Shown: positions 10,777-20,630, counted from the first letter of the stretch. The stretch: 63,770 nucleotides of DNA from Methyloglobulus sp. (GCF_046714055.1 NZ_JBKKBJ010000273.1:1-63770), one strand, 5' to 3'. Notes: generated by a model not told the origin, from the sequence alone. A program made the numbers and translations.

Positions 10777-11664
10777 TTAACGCTTATTGTAAACAACCCG
10801 GCCCAAACCCCTAATATCATAATCGCCGAGTTCTTTAGCTTTGTCGGCAAACGCTATTGATTGGCAGAATACCAACATTTTTTGGATGGGTGGTTCAAAA
10901 TAATCGAATCGCCGCATGATAAGGTCAAACCTTTCTTTGGCTAACGGTATGAAATCGAGATGCAATTGTTTTGCAACCGATGATACCGCCAGTCCCACAT
11001 CCGCCCTGCCCCCTGAAATTGCCAAACCCACCTCCATCTCGGTCCTGGCAAGCATGTCGATTATGTTCAGCTTGTTTTCAGCGATGCCGGATTTTTCCAA
11101 TAGATGATCCAGCAATATCCGGCTACCCGAACCGTTTTGCCGGATTACCAACCTAGGTTGTTTGGCAAGCAAATCGGCAAGGTTTTGTATAGCCAGTGGA
11201 TTATTCCTGGCGACAATCAAGCCCTGTCCACGCCAGGCCCATTCCAACACTACAATGTCCGCGTCCTGCAAGGTTTGCTTAACAACCGGGACATTGTATT
11301 CACCCGTCTCGACATCCAAGACGTGCATGGCACAGATCATCGCCTCGCCTGCTGAAAAACGGCTAAGCCCTTCCAGGCTGCCGGTCGTTTGCATCGCCAT
11401 CGCCGAAACGCTTTCACGTAAAGCCCATTCCAGCAAGGGATCGTGGCTACCGACCATGATTTCAGGAATGGTTTTGAAACGTAAATCCTGCAAACTGGTT
11501 TCGCTGTTGTTCATCAACCAAAGGTCGATCAAGTGCCTGGAAAACAGCCACTTCCCGGTAACCCGTGTACAAGGTATCTGCTTTTGCGTGATCAGGTCAT
11601 AAATCTTGCGCTCTTTAACGCGCAGGTAATCTGCGATCTCATGCACAGTCATCATTTCAGTCAA
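10777..11664 (-). CDS. excisionase-type HTH plus PBP (molybdate/tungstate-type) transcriptional regulator
   Basis: MTVHEIADYLRVKERKIY...GKWLF N-terminus, GSHDPLL and RQNGSGSR motifs; this family commonly lies beside formate dehydrogenase genes. Confidence 0.85.
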   Translation of the reverse strand: MTEMMTVHEIADYLRVKERKIYDLITQKQIPCTRVTGKWLFSRHLIDLWLMNNSETSLQDLRFKTIPEIMVGSHDPLLEWALRESVSAMAMQTTGSLEGLSRFSAGEAMICAMHVLDVETGEYNVPVVKQTLQDADIVVLEWAWRGQGLIVARNNPLAIQNLADLLAKQPRLVIRQNGSGSRILLDHLLEKSGIAENKLNIIDMLARTEMEVGLAISGGRADVGLAVSSVAKQLHLDFIPLAKERFDLIMRRFDYFEPPIQKMLVFCQSIAFADKAKELGDYDIRGLGRVVYNKR

Positions 11665-11892
11665 GGGTGAGCCTCTTAGCGTCTACATCAGGACGGTCAA
11701 TATAGCGGTGTTGATAATGAACTGCAATGCCTTAAAAAACCTGTGACAGGAACAAGTGACTTAAGCCCAGGAATGAGGTTAGTTATAGCGAAGCCCAAAA
11801 AGTTGGGTTGCAAAAAGCACGACTCAACACTTCTGGTATTTATCTGAAAAGTATGTGATAAAATTCAATAACAAACATACTAGGATAAGCCG

Positions 11893-12459
11893 ATGAAAAA
11901 AATCAAACTATTTCTCGCTTCGTCTGCGGAATTAAAGCCGGAACGGGGAAAATTCGAGCTGGAAATCTACCGTAAATGCAAGGCCTGGTTTGATAACGGC
12001 ATTTTTTTGCACCTGGATATTTGGGAAGACCTGTCGGCGCGAATGTCACTGGCCGGTTCGCAGGCGGAGTACAACAAGTTTGTCGAGGCGGCCGACTTGT
12101 TTGTGCTGTTAGCCTACAGCAAAGTCGGCATGTACACGGCGGCGGAATTTGAAAAGGCCTTTGGGCAGTTTAAATCCACACAAAAGCCATTTATCTTCAC
12201 TTATTTCAAAACCGATCCTGCATCGCCCGATGCCAGTCTCGACCAGTTTAAACAAAAGATACATGATCTGGGACATTTTTACAGCCCGTTTGCTGATTCC
12301 AATGATCTTTGGAACCAGTTCAACAAAGAATTGGAGCGGTTGGAGACAAATGACTTTGTCGAAAACAAGCAAACCCAGCAGCCTAGCCGAATTGTCCAGC
12401 AAGGCGATAAAAGTGTGTATGTAGAAAAGGCCGACACGCTAACCTTGAACATTCAATGA
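11893..12459 (+). CDS. TIR/DUF4062-like effector with C-terminal amyloid-like signalling motif
   Basis: KLFLASSAEL..ER, ADLFVLL, GMYTAAEFEKA (TIR-like Glu) and IFTYFK motifs; tail RIVQQGDKSVYVEKADTLTLNIQ. Confidence 0.75.
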   Translation: MKKIKLFLASSAELKPERGKFELEIYRKCKAWFDNGIFLHLDIWEDLSARMSLAGSQAEYNKFVEAADLFVLLAYSKVGMYTAAEFEKAFGQFKSTQKPFIFTYFKTDPASPDASLDQFKQKIHDLGHFYSPFADSNDLWNQFNKELERLETNDFVENKQTQQPSRIVQQGDKSVYVEKADTLTLNIQ

Positions 12460-12468
12460 GTTAGCGCC

Positions 12469-15072
12469 ATGAACGATCAAAATCGCAATGTCCAGCAAGG
12501 TGAAAAATCGGTTTATGCTGAACAAGGTGATGTTCATATCACCTATGCAGGCGAACGCGAAATCCTCCGCGCCTTAACCGAATCGCCTTTTAGACCCGAA
12601 GTATTTCTCGGTCGTGAAGACGACTTGGACGCTATCAAAAAAAGCTTGTTTTCAGAAAATAATCTATTGTTGGTCAATGGTAATGGCGGCGTAGGTAAAA
12701 CCTCAATAGCATCTACTTATTACCACCGTTACCAACATGAATATGCCCATACTGCCTGGATATTAAGCGAAAAAAGCATCGCTAATGCTATGTTATCTAA
12801 GTTGTCTACGCCTTTAGCGCTACAGTTTGAAAATACCATGCCCACTGAAAAAAGGCTTGAATTATTGCTGATGGCAATGGACTCCTTAAACAAACCTTGT
12901 CTCTTGGTGATTGATAACGCCAATGAAGTGGAAGACCTTGAAAAAAATTACCAAAACCTACGCCGATGTAGCAATTTCCACTTATTGTTGACGACCCGAA
13001 TTACCGAATTTGAGCAAGCGGAACTCTATCGCATAGACGGTTTGCCGGAAAATCAAGCCCTGGCATTATTTGAAAAACACTATCGCAAAACACTTCAAGA
13101 TGATGAAGTCGCTATTTTTAAACAAATCCGCACTGCTGTTGGTGATAATACTTTGGTGGTGGAGTTATTGGCTAAAAACATTTATCAGTTTAACCGTCTG
13201 AAAGCCCATTACTCGTTGGCCAATCTGTTAAACGACCTGCAATCCAAAGGCTTGCTGGCGCTATCGAAAAGTCAGGCGGTCGGTACCGATTATCAATCGA
13301 AAGGCAGTTTACGCAAGGAAAAGCCCGAAGACATTATTGCGGCTATGTATGATTTGGGTGAACTCTCATCCAAAGAAACGGCAATACTCTCGGTATTATC
13401 GGTACTGCCTGCCGAGAGCATTGGCTTTAACACCTTGGAAACCTTGCTGCCGTCACCAATGTTCGAAAATTTAGAATCCAACCTGCTCTTCCTCGCTCAA
13501 AAAGGTTGGATTGAATATAACGAAGATAACGCTGAGTTCAAATGCAGTCCTGTTATACAGGAAATCACCAAAAAGAAAAATCCACAGTTACTTGATGATT
13601 GCCAATCACTTATCGAAACGCTGATAGAAAAATTGAATTATGAAGGCTGTCACATTACCGGTTCTAGCTACGAAGATGCCGCTTTGTTTTCCCGCTATGC
13701 CGAATCGGTTGCCGCTGGCTTCAATGAGTCTCACAGTAATCTCGTCATTCTCTGCGAGAGAATCGGCGTTTACCACGAGACAACAGGCAACCTTGATAAG
13801 GCCTTGGCTTTTTTTAAATACAACAACTATTTAGTACAAAAACTCTATGCCTACTACCCGAGCAATGTCGAACTCAAGGGTGCCTTGCAAATTTCCTACT
13901 CCAATCTAGGCCATGTGTATAAGAAGTTGGAAAATTTGGAACTAGCCTTAGAATTGTTTGCAGAGTCTTTTGAGTTAAGCAAAGAACTCCATGCCGCCTA
14001 CCCGACCGATGTTAACTTTAAGTGTGACTTGGCGATTTCTTTGCAACGTATGGGCGAGACACACACCGCCTTGGGGAATTTGGAACAAGCCTTGGGATTT
14101 TATGGAAATAACCTTGAATTATCCCAAGAACTCTATGCTGCTGACCCGCCCAATATCAGGTTTAAGAATGGCTTGGCGTGTTCTTATCAATGTATGGGCG
14201 AGACACACACCTCATTGGGGAATTTGGAGTTGGCCTTGGGATTTTTTGAAGGCTTCAACGAATTATCCTTAGATCTCCATGCTGCCTACCCAACGGAGGT
14301 CGGCTTTAAAAATACATTGGCGATTTCGTGCGATAAACTGGGTGAGACTCACGCCGCGTTGGGGAATTTGAAACAAGCATTGGGGTTTTTTGAAAACTTC
14401 AACCATTTAGAGCAAGATCTTTATGCCGCCTATCCGAGCAATGTCGAATTCAAAGGTAATTTGGCGATTTCCTACGAAAGACTGGGCAAAACTCACTTCG
14501 CGTTAGGGGATTTGGAACAGGCCTTGGGTTTTTATCAAGACTACAACCGCTTGGAAAGTGAACTCCATGCCGACTACCCGGGCAATGTCGGCTTTAAGAA
14601 TAGCTTGGCTATTTCCTGCCAATTTTTAGGCAATACCCATGCCGCACTGGGCGACTTGGTACAGACCTTGGATTTTTATCAAGCCTGCAACCATTTGGAA
14701 AATGAACTCCATGCCGACTACCCGAGCAATGTCGGCTTTAAGAATCAATTAGCGGTTTCCTACCAATTTTTAGGCATTACCCATGCCGCACTGGGCGATT
14801 TAGGACAGGCCTTGGGTTTTTATAAAGACTACAACCGCTTGGAAAGTGAACTCCATGCCGACTACCCGGGCAATGTCGGCTTTAAGGATGGCTTGGCGGT
14901 TTCCTACGCCAAACTGGGCGGGATATATGAACAAACCGGCGATAAAGAGCTAGCGGCACAGTATTACCGCCTAGCACATGCCTTATTGACGGAATTGGCG
15001 GACAATTTTCCAAGCTATGTTGAGTTCAAAAATCATCTTACCTGGGCAGAAAATAAATTAGCCAATTTTTAG
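12469..15072 (+). CDS. STAND NTPase (NB-ARC-like) plus TPR array, i.e. a bacterial NLR, with N-terminal amyloid-like motif
   Basis: FLGREDDL, Walker A GNGGVGKT, Walker B LLVIDNA, LLLTTR; nine 48-aa TPR units; N-terminus RNVQQGEKSVYAEQGDVHITY. Confidence 0.9.
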   Translation: MNDQNRNVQQGEKSVYAEQGDVHITYAGEREILRALTESPFRPEVFLGREDDLDAIKKSLFSENNLLLVNGNGGVGKTSIASTYYHRYQHEYAHTAWILSEKSIANAMLSKLSTPLALQFENTMPTEKRLELLLMAMDSLNKPCLLVIDNANEVEDLEKNYQNLRRCSNFHLLLTTRITEFEQAELYRIDGLPENQALALFEKHYRKTLQDDEVAIFKQIRTAVGDNTLVVELLAKNIYQFNRLKAHYSLANLLNDLQSKGLLALSKSQAVGTDYQSKGSLRKEKPEDIIAAMYDLGELSSKETAILSVLSVLPAESIGFNTLETLLPSPMFENLESNLLFLAQKGWIEYNEDNAEFKCSPVIQEITKKKNPQLLDDCQSLIETLIEKLNYEGCHITGSSYEDAALFSRYAESVAAGFNESHSNLVILCERIGVYHETTGNLDKALAFFKYNNYLVQKLYAYYPSNVELKGALQISYSNLGHVYKKLENLELALELFAESFELSKELHAAYPTDVNFKCDLAISLQRMGETHTALGNLEQALGFYGNNLELSQELYAADPPNIRFKNGLACSYQCMGETHTSLGNLELALGFFEGFNELSLDLHAAYPTEVGFKNTLAISCDKLGETHAALGNLKQALGFFENFNHLEQDLYAAYPSNVEFKGNLAISYERLGKTHFALGDLEQALGFYQDYNRLESELHADYPGNVGFKNSLAISCQFLGNTHAALGDLVQTLDFYQACNHLENELHADYPSNVGFKNQLAVSYQFLGITHAALGDLGQALGFYKDYNRLESELHADYPGNVGFKDGLAVSYAKLGGIYEQTGDKELAAQYYRLAHALLTELADNFPSYVEFKNHLTWAENKLANF
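13741..15036 (+). repeat. nine tandem 144-bp TPR-coding repeats
   Basis: Units LAxS..xLGxTHxALGxLxxAL.F...L..EL.A.YP.NV.FK..; 14517-14598 and 14805-14886 differ at 1 of 82 nt. Confidence 0.9.
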
Positions 15073-15173
15073 TCAGGGTGGGCAGTGCTTTTCTGCATAC
15101 CGTTTTATTGGCCAATGGTGGGCAAACGATACCAACAGTAGGCGCTTTAGGCGAAGCAGTTTGCCCTCCCTAC
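15073..15173. repeat. REP-like element (AGGGTGGGCA...TTGCCCTCCCTAC)
   Basis: Complementary ends plus an internal GGTGGGCAAA copy, at the NLR/fdhD junction. Confidence 0.6.
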
Positions 15174-15189
15174 ACGACTTACCTCAGAA

Positions 15190-16023
15190 TTGGGATGGCC
15201 CAGCTACCAACTCAGTAAGGTTGAACGCTGGCATGGTAATCAACATACAATCCAGCAAGACTATATAGCCGAAGAAGCCCCTGTTTCTTTAATCTATAAC
15301 GGCACACCCCATGTCGTCATGCTGGTAACACCGACCAACCTGGAAGACTTTGCCTTGGGGTTCAGTATCACGGAAGGTATCATTGAAACACCCTCCGAAC
15401 TGCAATCCATACACATTTATAACCGCTCCAATGGTATCGAGGTACGGTTGGATATTCCCGAATCCCGCTTTTGCCATTTATCCGGCAAAGGCCGTAATCT
15501 GACCGGAGGCACCGGATGCGGACTGTGCGGTGCCAGCACCTTGCAACAAGCCATACGCGATCCAAAATAAGTGCAGGGTAGCCTCAATGTGGCTGCATCA
15601 GAACTCTTATCTGCTTTGGCAGAAATAAAGCAACATCAACAGCTTAGCCAACTGACTGGAGCCGTACATACCGCCGCCTGGGTAGTGCCGGGGCAAGGCG
15701 TACAAACTGTCAGGGAAGACGTAGGTCGGCATAATGCCTTGGACAAGCTGATCGGCTTGCTAATCCGCATCGGCAAGAATCCGGCAACAGGCTATGTCAT
15801 AGTCACCAGCCGCGCCAGCTATGAACTCATACAAAAGGCCGCCAGTGTCAGCATAACGCTATTGGCCGCGATGTCCGCACCGACTGGGTTAGCTATACGT
15901 TTGGCGGAGGAAGCCGGACTCACCCTGGTCGGCTTTGTCCGAGACAACCAGCACGTTGTCTACACCCATGCCGAACACTTGAACCACACCATTTACCCAA
16001 CCTTGATAAAAAAATCCAACTTA
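15190..16023 (+). pseudogene. fdhD: formate dehydrogenase sulfurtransferase FdhD interrupted by an in-frame TAA (15568-15570)
   Basis: IAEEAPV, LEDFALGFSITEG and GCGLCG before the stop; TGAVH, EDVGRHNALDK, SRASYEL and SAPT after it in the same frame; no ATG start and no stop before fdsD. Confidence 0.85.
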
Positions 16024-16254
16024 ATGCACATCGAAAAATTGATCTCAATGGCAAATGACATTGCCGATTTTTTTAATGCGGAAAGCGACAAAGAAATCGC
16101 TGCCGAAGGCGTAAAAAAACATATCCTACGGTCATGGGATCCACGCATGAGAAAGGCAATTATCAAGCATTATCAAGCAAGTGGCGAAGGATTGAGTCCT
16201 TTGGCAACACAGGCTATGAAAAAACTCTTGGAAATGAATCAACAAAAAGTTTAG
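16024..16254 (+). CDS. fdsD: NAD-dependent formate dehydrogenase delta subunit
   Basis: KLISMANDIADFF...GVKKHILRSWDPRMR; in frame with the FdhD C-half. Confidence 0.85.
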   Translation: MHIEKLISMANDIADFFNAESDKEIAAEGVKKHILRSWDPRMRKAIIKHYQASGEGLSPLATQAMKKLLEMNQQKV

Positions 16255-16440
16255 AACCGGCCAAAAAGAGACAGTCAAAGTTGCATGGCATTAACTTTAA
16301 TGGAAGTCAACGAGATAAGCTGGAAGCGGTAAATTGGGTTAATGATGGAACACACTTTATTACTTTATGACACCAGGGTCAGGCATAGATAGATGTTAAT
16401 TTAATATACTTTTGAGTTGAATCTAAGCGTTTATAAAAAC

Positions 16441-17232
16441 TCAATACCACATCAGTTTGATTGCCAGGATAAAGATCAGCACCGAAAAATAGCGTTTTAA
16501 TTGTTGTGAAGGCAGTTTATGGGCGAGATTTGCGCCAATCGGTGCGGTAAAAATGCTCCCTAATGAAACGCCGAAGAAAGATGGCACATACACATAGCCA
16601 TAACTCCATGCCGGTAAGTTGGGGGTGTTCAGACCTAAAACCATGTAGCTTAGCGAGCTCGCCACGGCGATCGGCAGACAGCAGGCGCTGGCGATGGCGA
16701 CCGCATTACGCATCGGGTAGCGGCAATGCACTAAAAATGGTACGGTCAATGTACCCCCACCAATGCCCACCAATGAGGATATTAACCCTATTGCACCGGC
16801 CACCAAAAAATCAATCAACTTAGAATAATTGGCTTCACCGGCTTTAAACTTTGTCTCTAAGGCCATTTGCGTACCCACATAGAGTAAAAAGACAATAAAA
16901 ATAGTCCGTAATACCCCGGCGTGGAGTTGGTGGGCGACCACTGCGCCTAGAATTGCCCCCAACATCATGCCGGGCGCTAGCCTGAATACCTTATCCCATA
17001 ACACCGAACCTAAGCGATGATGGGCAAGCACGGAAGAGGAGGCGGTGAGGATGATGGTCGCCAGTGAAGTTGCGATTGCCATAATCATGACCAGATCGGC
17101 AGGTAGGCCCTGGGCTGTAAAAAGAAAAACGAGTACGGGCACAATAACCATGCCCCCGCCTATACCAAACAACCCTGCCAGTACACCCGAAAACATGCCT
17201 AACAGTAAACTGGCAAAGATAATGCCTATCAA
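16441..17232 (-). CDS. TauE/SafE family membrane transporter
   Basis: GLFGIGGG duplicated as LVGIGGG; AAGGAGG precedes TTG 17232. Confidence 0.9.
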   Translation of the reverse strand: MIGIIFASLLLGMFSGVLAGLFGIGGGMVIVPVLVFLFTAQGLPADLVMIMAIATSLATIILTASSSVLAHHRLGSVLWDKVFRLAPGMMLGAILGAVVAHQLHAGVLRTIFIVFLLYVGTQMALETKFKAGEANYSKLIDFLVAGAIGLISSLVGIGGGTLTVPFLVHCRYPMRNAVAIASACCLPIAVASSLSYMVLGLNTPNLPAWSYGYVYVPSFFGVSLGSIFTAPIGANLAHKLPSQQLKRYFSVLIFILAIKLMWY

Positions 17233-17342
17233 ACTATCCTCCTTAATGGGCTTAAGCCGCAAGTTCGCAGCAAATGTACATTATGCAGCTTTTGAAGTGC
17301 TTTATGCTATCCTAAACACTGGCCAAACTGTTTTGTAATTTG

Positions 17343-18584
17343 ATGGAAAAGTACCTCGTCGGTGGCGCTGTACGCGATAAACTCCTGGGTTATCCGGTAA
17401 GGGAGTGCGATTGGGTCGTTGTTGGGGAAACGCCGGAATCCATGATTAAGCAAGGTTTTCGTGCGGTAGGCAAGGATTTTCCGGTTTTTCTGCATCCTGA
17501 CAGTCATGAGGAATATGCACTCGCCAGAACCGAACGAAAAACCGCGCCTGGTTATAAGGGCTTTATCATCCATGCGGATGTTGATGTTACCCTGAAGCAG
17601 GATTTAAAGCGCCGGGATTTAACCATCAATGCCATAGCAATGACGCCGCAGGGTGAAATCATTGATCCCTATGGTGGCCGAGAAGACCTGGACAGGCGAA
17701 TTTTTCGGCATATCTCGCCCGCCTTTGCAGAAGATCCTGTACGCATTCTACGTGTGGCTCGGTTTGCGGCCCGATACCATCATTTGGGATTTAAGCTGGC
17801 CTTAGATACAACGGAATTGATGCGAGTGATGGTCGATGCTGGAGAAGTCGATCATCTGGTGCCTGAACGGGTTTGGGCAGAGTTGTTCAAAGCCCTGAAA
17901 GAACCTTCGCCCTCCGCTTTTTTCTATACCTTGATGGACTGCGGGGTATTGGAGAAAATATTTCCGGAAATTTACAACTTGTTTGGAGTGCCGCAACCGC
18001 CGAAGTATCATCCAGAAATTGATACGGGTGTGCATAGTATGATGTGCCTGGAACAAGCGGCGCTGCTATCCACTAAACCGGAAGTCAGGTTTGCCGCCTT
18101 GGTCCATGACCTGGGTAAGGCGCTGTCACCCAAGGACAATCTGCCTCACCATTACGGGCACGAAACAAAAGGTATGCCTGTCCTGGAGGCCTTGTGCAAC
18201 CGCTTACGCGTTCCCAATGCGTTCAAGTCATTGGCGCTGCACGTTATGCAATACCATACCCATTGCCATAAGGCGGGGGAATTGAAGCCTTCAACGCTGA
18301 TTGACCTGTTAAACACATTGGGTGCGTTTAAACAGCATAATCAGTTGCCCGAATTTTTACTGGCATGTGAGGCAGATGCCAAGGGCCGAACGGGACTAGA
18401 AAATAAACCTTACCCGCAAGCGGCTTATTTGCTGACGGCAGCGAAAGTCGCTGCATCTGTTGATACCGCAGCTTTGCTAAATGGCAATCTACAGGATGCA
18501 GAAATTGGCGAAGCTATTCGCCGTTTGCGTATCCAGGCTATTGCTGATATGACAAAGGCAGAACAACAAAATAACGTTAACTAA
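17343..18584 (+). CDS. cca: multifunctional CCA-adding enzyme with HD domain
   Basis: YLVGGAVRD, RRDLTINA, EDPVRILR and HPEIDTG motifs. Confidence 0.97.
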   Translation: MEKYLVGGAVRDKLLGYPVRECDWVVVGETPESMIKQGFRAVGKDFPVFLHPDSHEEYALARTERKTAPGYKGFIIHADVDVTLKQDLKRRDLTINAIAMTPQGEIIDPYGGREDLDRRIFRHISPAFAEDPVRILRVARFAARYHHLGFKLALDTTELMRVMVDAGEVDHLVPERVWAELFKALKEPSPSAFFYTLMDCGVLEKIFPEIYNLFGVPQPPKYHPEIDTGVHSMMCLEQAALLSTKPEVRFAALVHDLGKALSPKDNLPHHYGHETKGMPVLEALCNRLRVPNAFKSLALHVMQYHTHCHKAGELKPSTLIDLLNTLGAFKQHNQLPEFLLACEADAKGRTGLENKPYPQAAYLLTAAKVAASVDTAALLNGNLQDAEIGEAIRRLRIQAIADMTKAEQQNNVN

Positions 18585-18600
18585 CCCTACAATTTAAGTT

Positions 18601-19083
18601 ATGCCATCCTTTGATATTATTTCCGAATTTGATCCCCACGAAGTAAAAAACGCTGTCGATCAAGCCAGCAAGGAAGTGACGACCCGATTCGATTTTAAGG
18701 GTACGGATTCCAGCTTCGAGCTGACCGATAACAAAGTCATTATGGTTTCCGAATCCACCTTCCAACTCCAGCAGATGTTCAGCATCGTATGTGCGAAATT
18801 GAGCCGCCGTGGTGTGGATATCGCCTGTATGGAGGTTGGTGATGCCAAAGGCAGCGGAAAGCTCATGCGCCAGGAAATCACCCTGAAGCAAGGACTGGAT
18901 AGCGTGTTGGCAAAAAAAATCGTTAAATTGATAAAAGACAAAAAACTCAAAGTGCAAGCAGCCATCCAAGGCGATCAAGTCAGGGTCACCGGCAAAAAAC
19001 GCGATGACTTGCAAGAAGTCATGCAGATGCTAAGGGAGGAAAAACTGGAAATGCCTTTGCAATTTGAGAATTATAGGGATTAG
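18601..19083 (+). CDS. yajQ: YajQ family nucleotide/c-di-GMP-binding protein
   Basis: MPSFDIISE...RFDFKG...IQGDQVRVTGKKRDDLQ...FENYRD. Confidence 0.97.
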   Translation: MPSFDIISEFDPHEVKNAVDQASKEVTTRFDFKGTDSSFELTDNKVIMVSESTFQLQQMFSIVCAKLSRRGVDIACMEVGDAKGSGKLMRQEITLKQGLDSVLAKKIVKLIKDKKLKVQAAIQGDQVRVTGKKRDDLQEVMQMLREEKLEMPLQFENYRD

Positions 19084-19239
19084 GTGTTGTAAATCTCTGG
19101 AATAGATATAAAGGCTACTGAATTTTGCCAGTAGGCTGAATTTGTTAACTGGATCTGTTATATTGCTGAATATTAATCCAAAAGCTTTCGCATTAATCAG
19201 CTACAATTTGTAATAACTTCATCTGAAACCATTCTTTTT

Positions 19240-20070
19240 ATGCAAGATGTTTTAAACCAAGATGGTCACTTTGAACCAATTCACGCAGCTCATGCCATTG
19301 AGCGAGTTATACTTGTAGTACAATTTGATCGCGATATCGGCGACGATTCTTTTACAACAGCACGGAAAACTTTTGAGCAATTTAAAAATGAACTCCCTGG
19401 GCAAGTTGAAATTTCGGGATTTCCTATTACGGTAGGTCATCCGGTAAAAATGCCACCTACTGGTGTTACTGGTGTGTTTTTTCGCAGAATCGAGCCAGAC
19501 GGAACCATTGAGAACGAATTTCGTGTTGAGCGTAGTTCTTTGACATTTATAACCACACGATACACACGTTGGGATGATATTTGGAAGCAATCAAGCCAAT
19601 ATTTCAATGCCTTAATTCCAATATATTCTAAACAGAGTAAAATAACGGGAGTAGGCCTTAATTTCGTAGATAAATTTAAGTGGTCTGGGGATTTGACTAA
19701 ATGCAACCCAAATCTCCTCTTAAGAGCTAAATCAAATTACATTTGCCCTCATGTGTTTGAGGCAAAGGATTTTTGGCACAGCCATACTGGTGCATTCATT
19801 CGGGTTGACGAGTACACAAAAAGGTTAGTTAATATTAATGTTGATTATGTTGATGAAAATCGCCCTGATGGCACACAACGCATTATTGCCGTTACAACAG
19901 TAATTAATAATCAATTAAATCAGCCTGAATATAAGCCATATGAAGTTGAGGAAAATAGCGTTCTTGATTTTGTTAATAAACACATGCAAGAACTTCATCA
20001 AGTTGGCAAAGAAGTTTTTGGCAATATCATTAATGACAACATGTGCAAGCGCATAGCGCTTGTAGAATAA
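19240..20070 (+). CDS. TIGR04255-like protein
   Basis: HAIERVILVVQF, YTRWDD, GVGLNFVDKF and ELHQVGKEVF pattern; AT-rich insert. Confidence 0.65.
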   Translation: MQDVLNQDGHFEPIHAAHAIERVILVVQFDRDIGDDSFTTARKTFEQFKNELPGQVEISGFPITVGHPVKMPPTGVTGVFFRRIEPDGTIENEFRVERSSLTFITTRYTRWDDIWKQSSQYFNALIPIYSKQSKITGVGLNFVDKFKWSGDLTKCNPNLLLRAKSNYICPHVFEAKDFWHSHTGAFIRVDEYTKRLVNINVDYVDENRPDGTQRIIAVTTVINNQLNQPEYKPYEVEENSVLDFVNKHMQELHQVGKEVFGNIINDNMCKRIALVE

Positions 20071-20072
20071 TT

Positions 20073-20630
20073 ATGCCTACGTCTTTAAGTACTGCCAACG
20101 CAGCAAAGTTTTTTATTGCACTCACATTGCTTTCCAATCCAACTATAAGCAAGATTCCTGAGCTTTTAGAACAGCCGACACGTCAAATCCAAAAAACCAC
20201 GTCTCTTTCACCGATGATGCAAGTTAGCTCTTCGTTAACTTCTATTGTTGACAATGACAATAAATTTGAAGACACAGCTAGACCTACGACATTACAGGAA
20301 AAACTAATAGGTGAAATTAGGCAATGGTGCTTATTAGATACTGACTGGGATGGTGAGGGCTCTTACCAACCTTCTGACCAATCACTGAAAGATTCAGTCT
20401 CATTTATTAGCTTGCTTAGTCAAAACATGTCGATTCCTGAGCCGATGCTTCTCGCTTCTGGTAATGCAGCACTTTATTTGAACGAAAATAACTTATACGC
20501 GGACATTGAGTTTCTTGGCGATGGGCGCATAGCTTATTATGTAGAACGTAATAGCGACAAACATAAAGGTGTACTTGAATTTAACCCAGAAGAAATGCCA
20601 GCTTTGTTCCAAGTTCTCCTCGCGGCTTAA
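20073..20630 (+). CDS. hypothetical protein, putative antitoxin-like partner
   Basis: Ser/Thr-rich N-half, then LLDTDWDGEGSYQPS and PEP..ASGNAAL; starts 2 nt after the upstream stop. Confidence 0.65.
   Translation: MPTSLSTANAAKFFIALTLLSNPTISKIPELLEQPTRQIQKTTSLSPMMQVSSSLTSIVDNDNKFEDTARPTTLQEKLIGEIRQWCLLDTDWDGEGSYQPSDQSLKDSVSFISLLSQNMSIPEPMLLASGNAALYLNENNLYADIEFLGDGRIAYYVERNSDKHKGVLEFNPEEMPALFQVLLAA

Noticed and set aside
10627-11771. 11-bp direct repeat TTAAGCCCAGG flanking the regulator
   Set aside because: Short enough to be chance at this distance, with no supporting element ends.
13741-15036. Periodic DNA repeats as a CRISPR array or DGR template
   Set aside because: They are in-frame 144-bp TPR units with no spacers, cas genes, RT or adenine-specific variation.
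15568-15570. Programmed readthrough or selenocysteine in fdhD
   Set aside because: The stop is TAA, not TGA, and lies in a non-catalytic linker; nonsense mutation or sequencing error is simpler.
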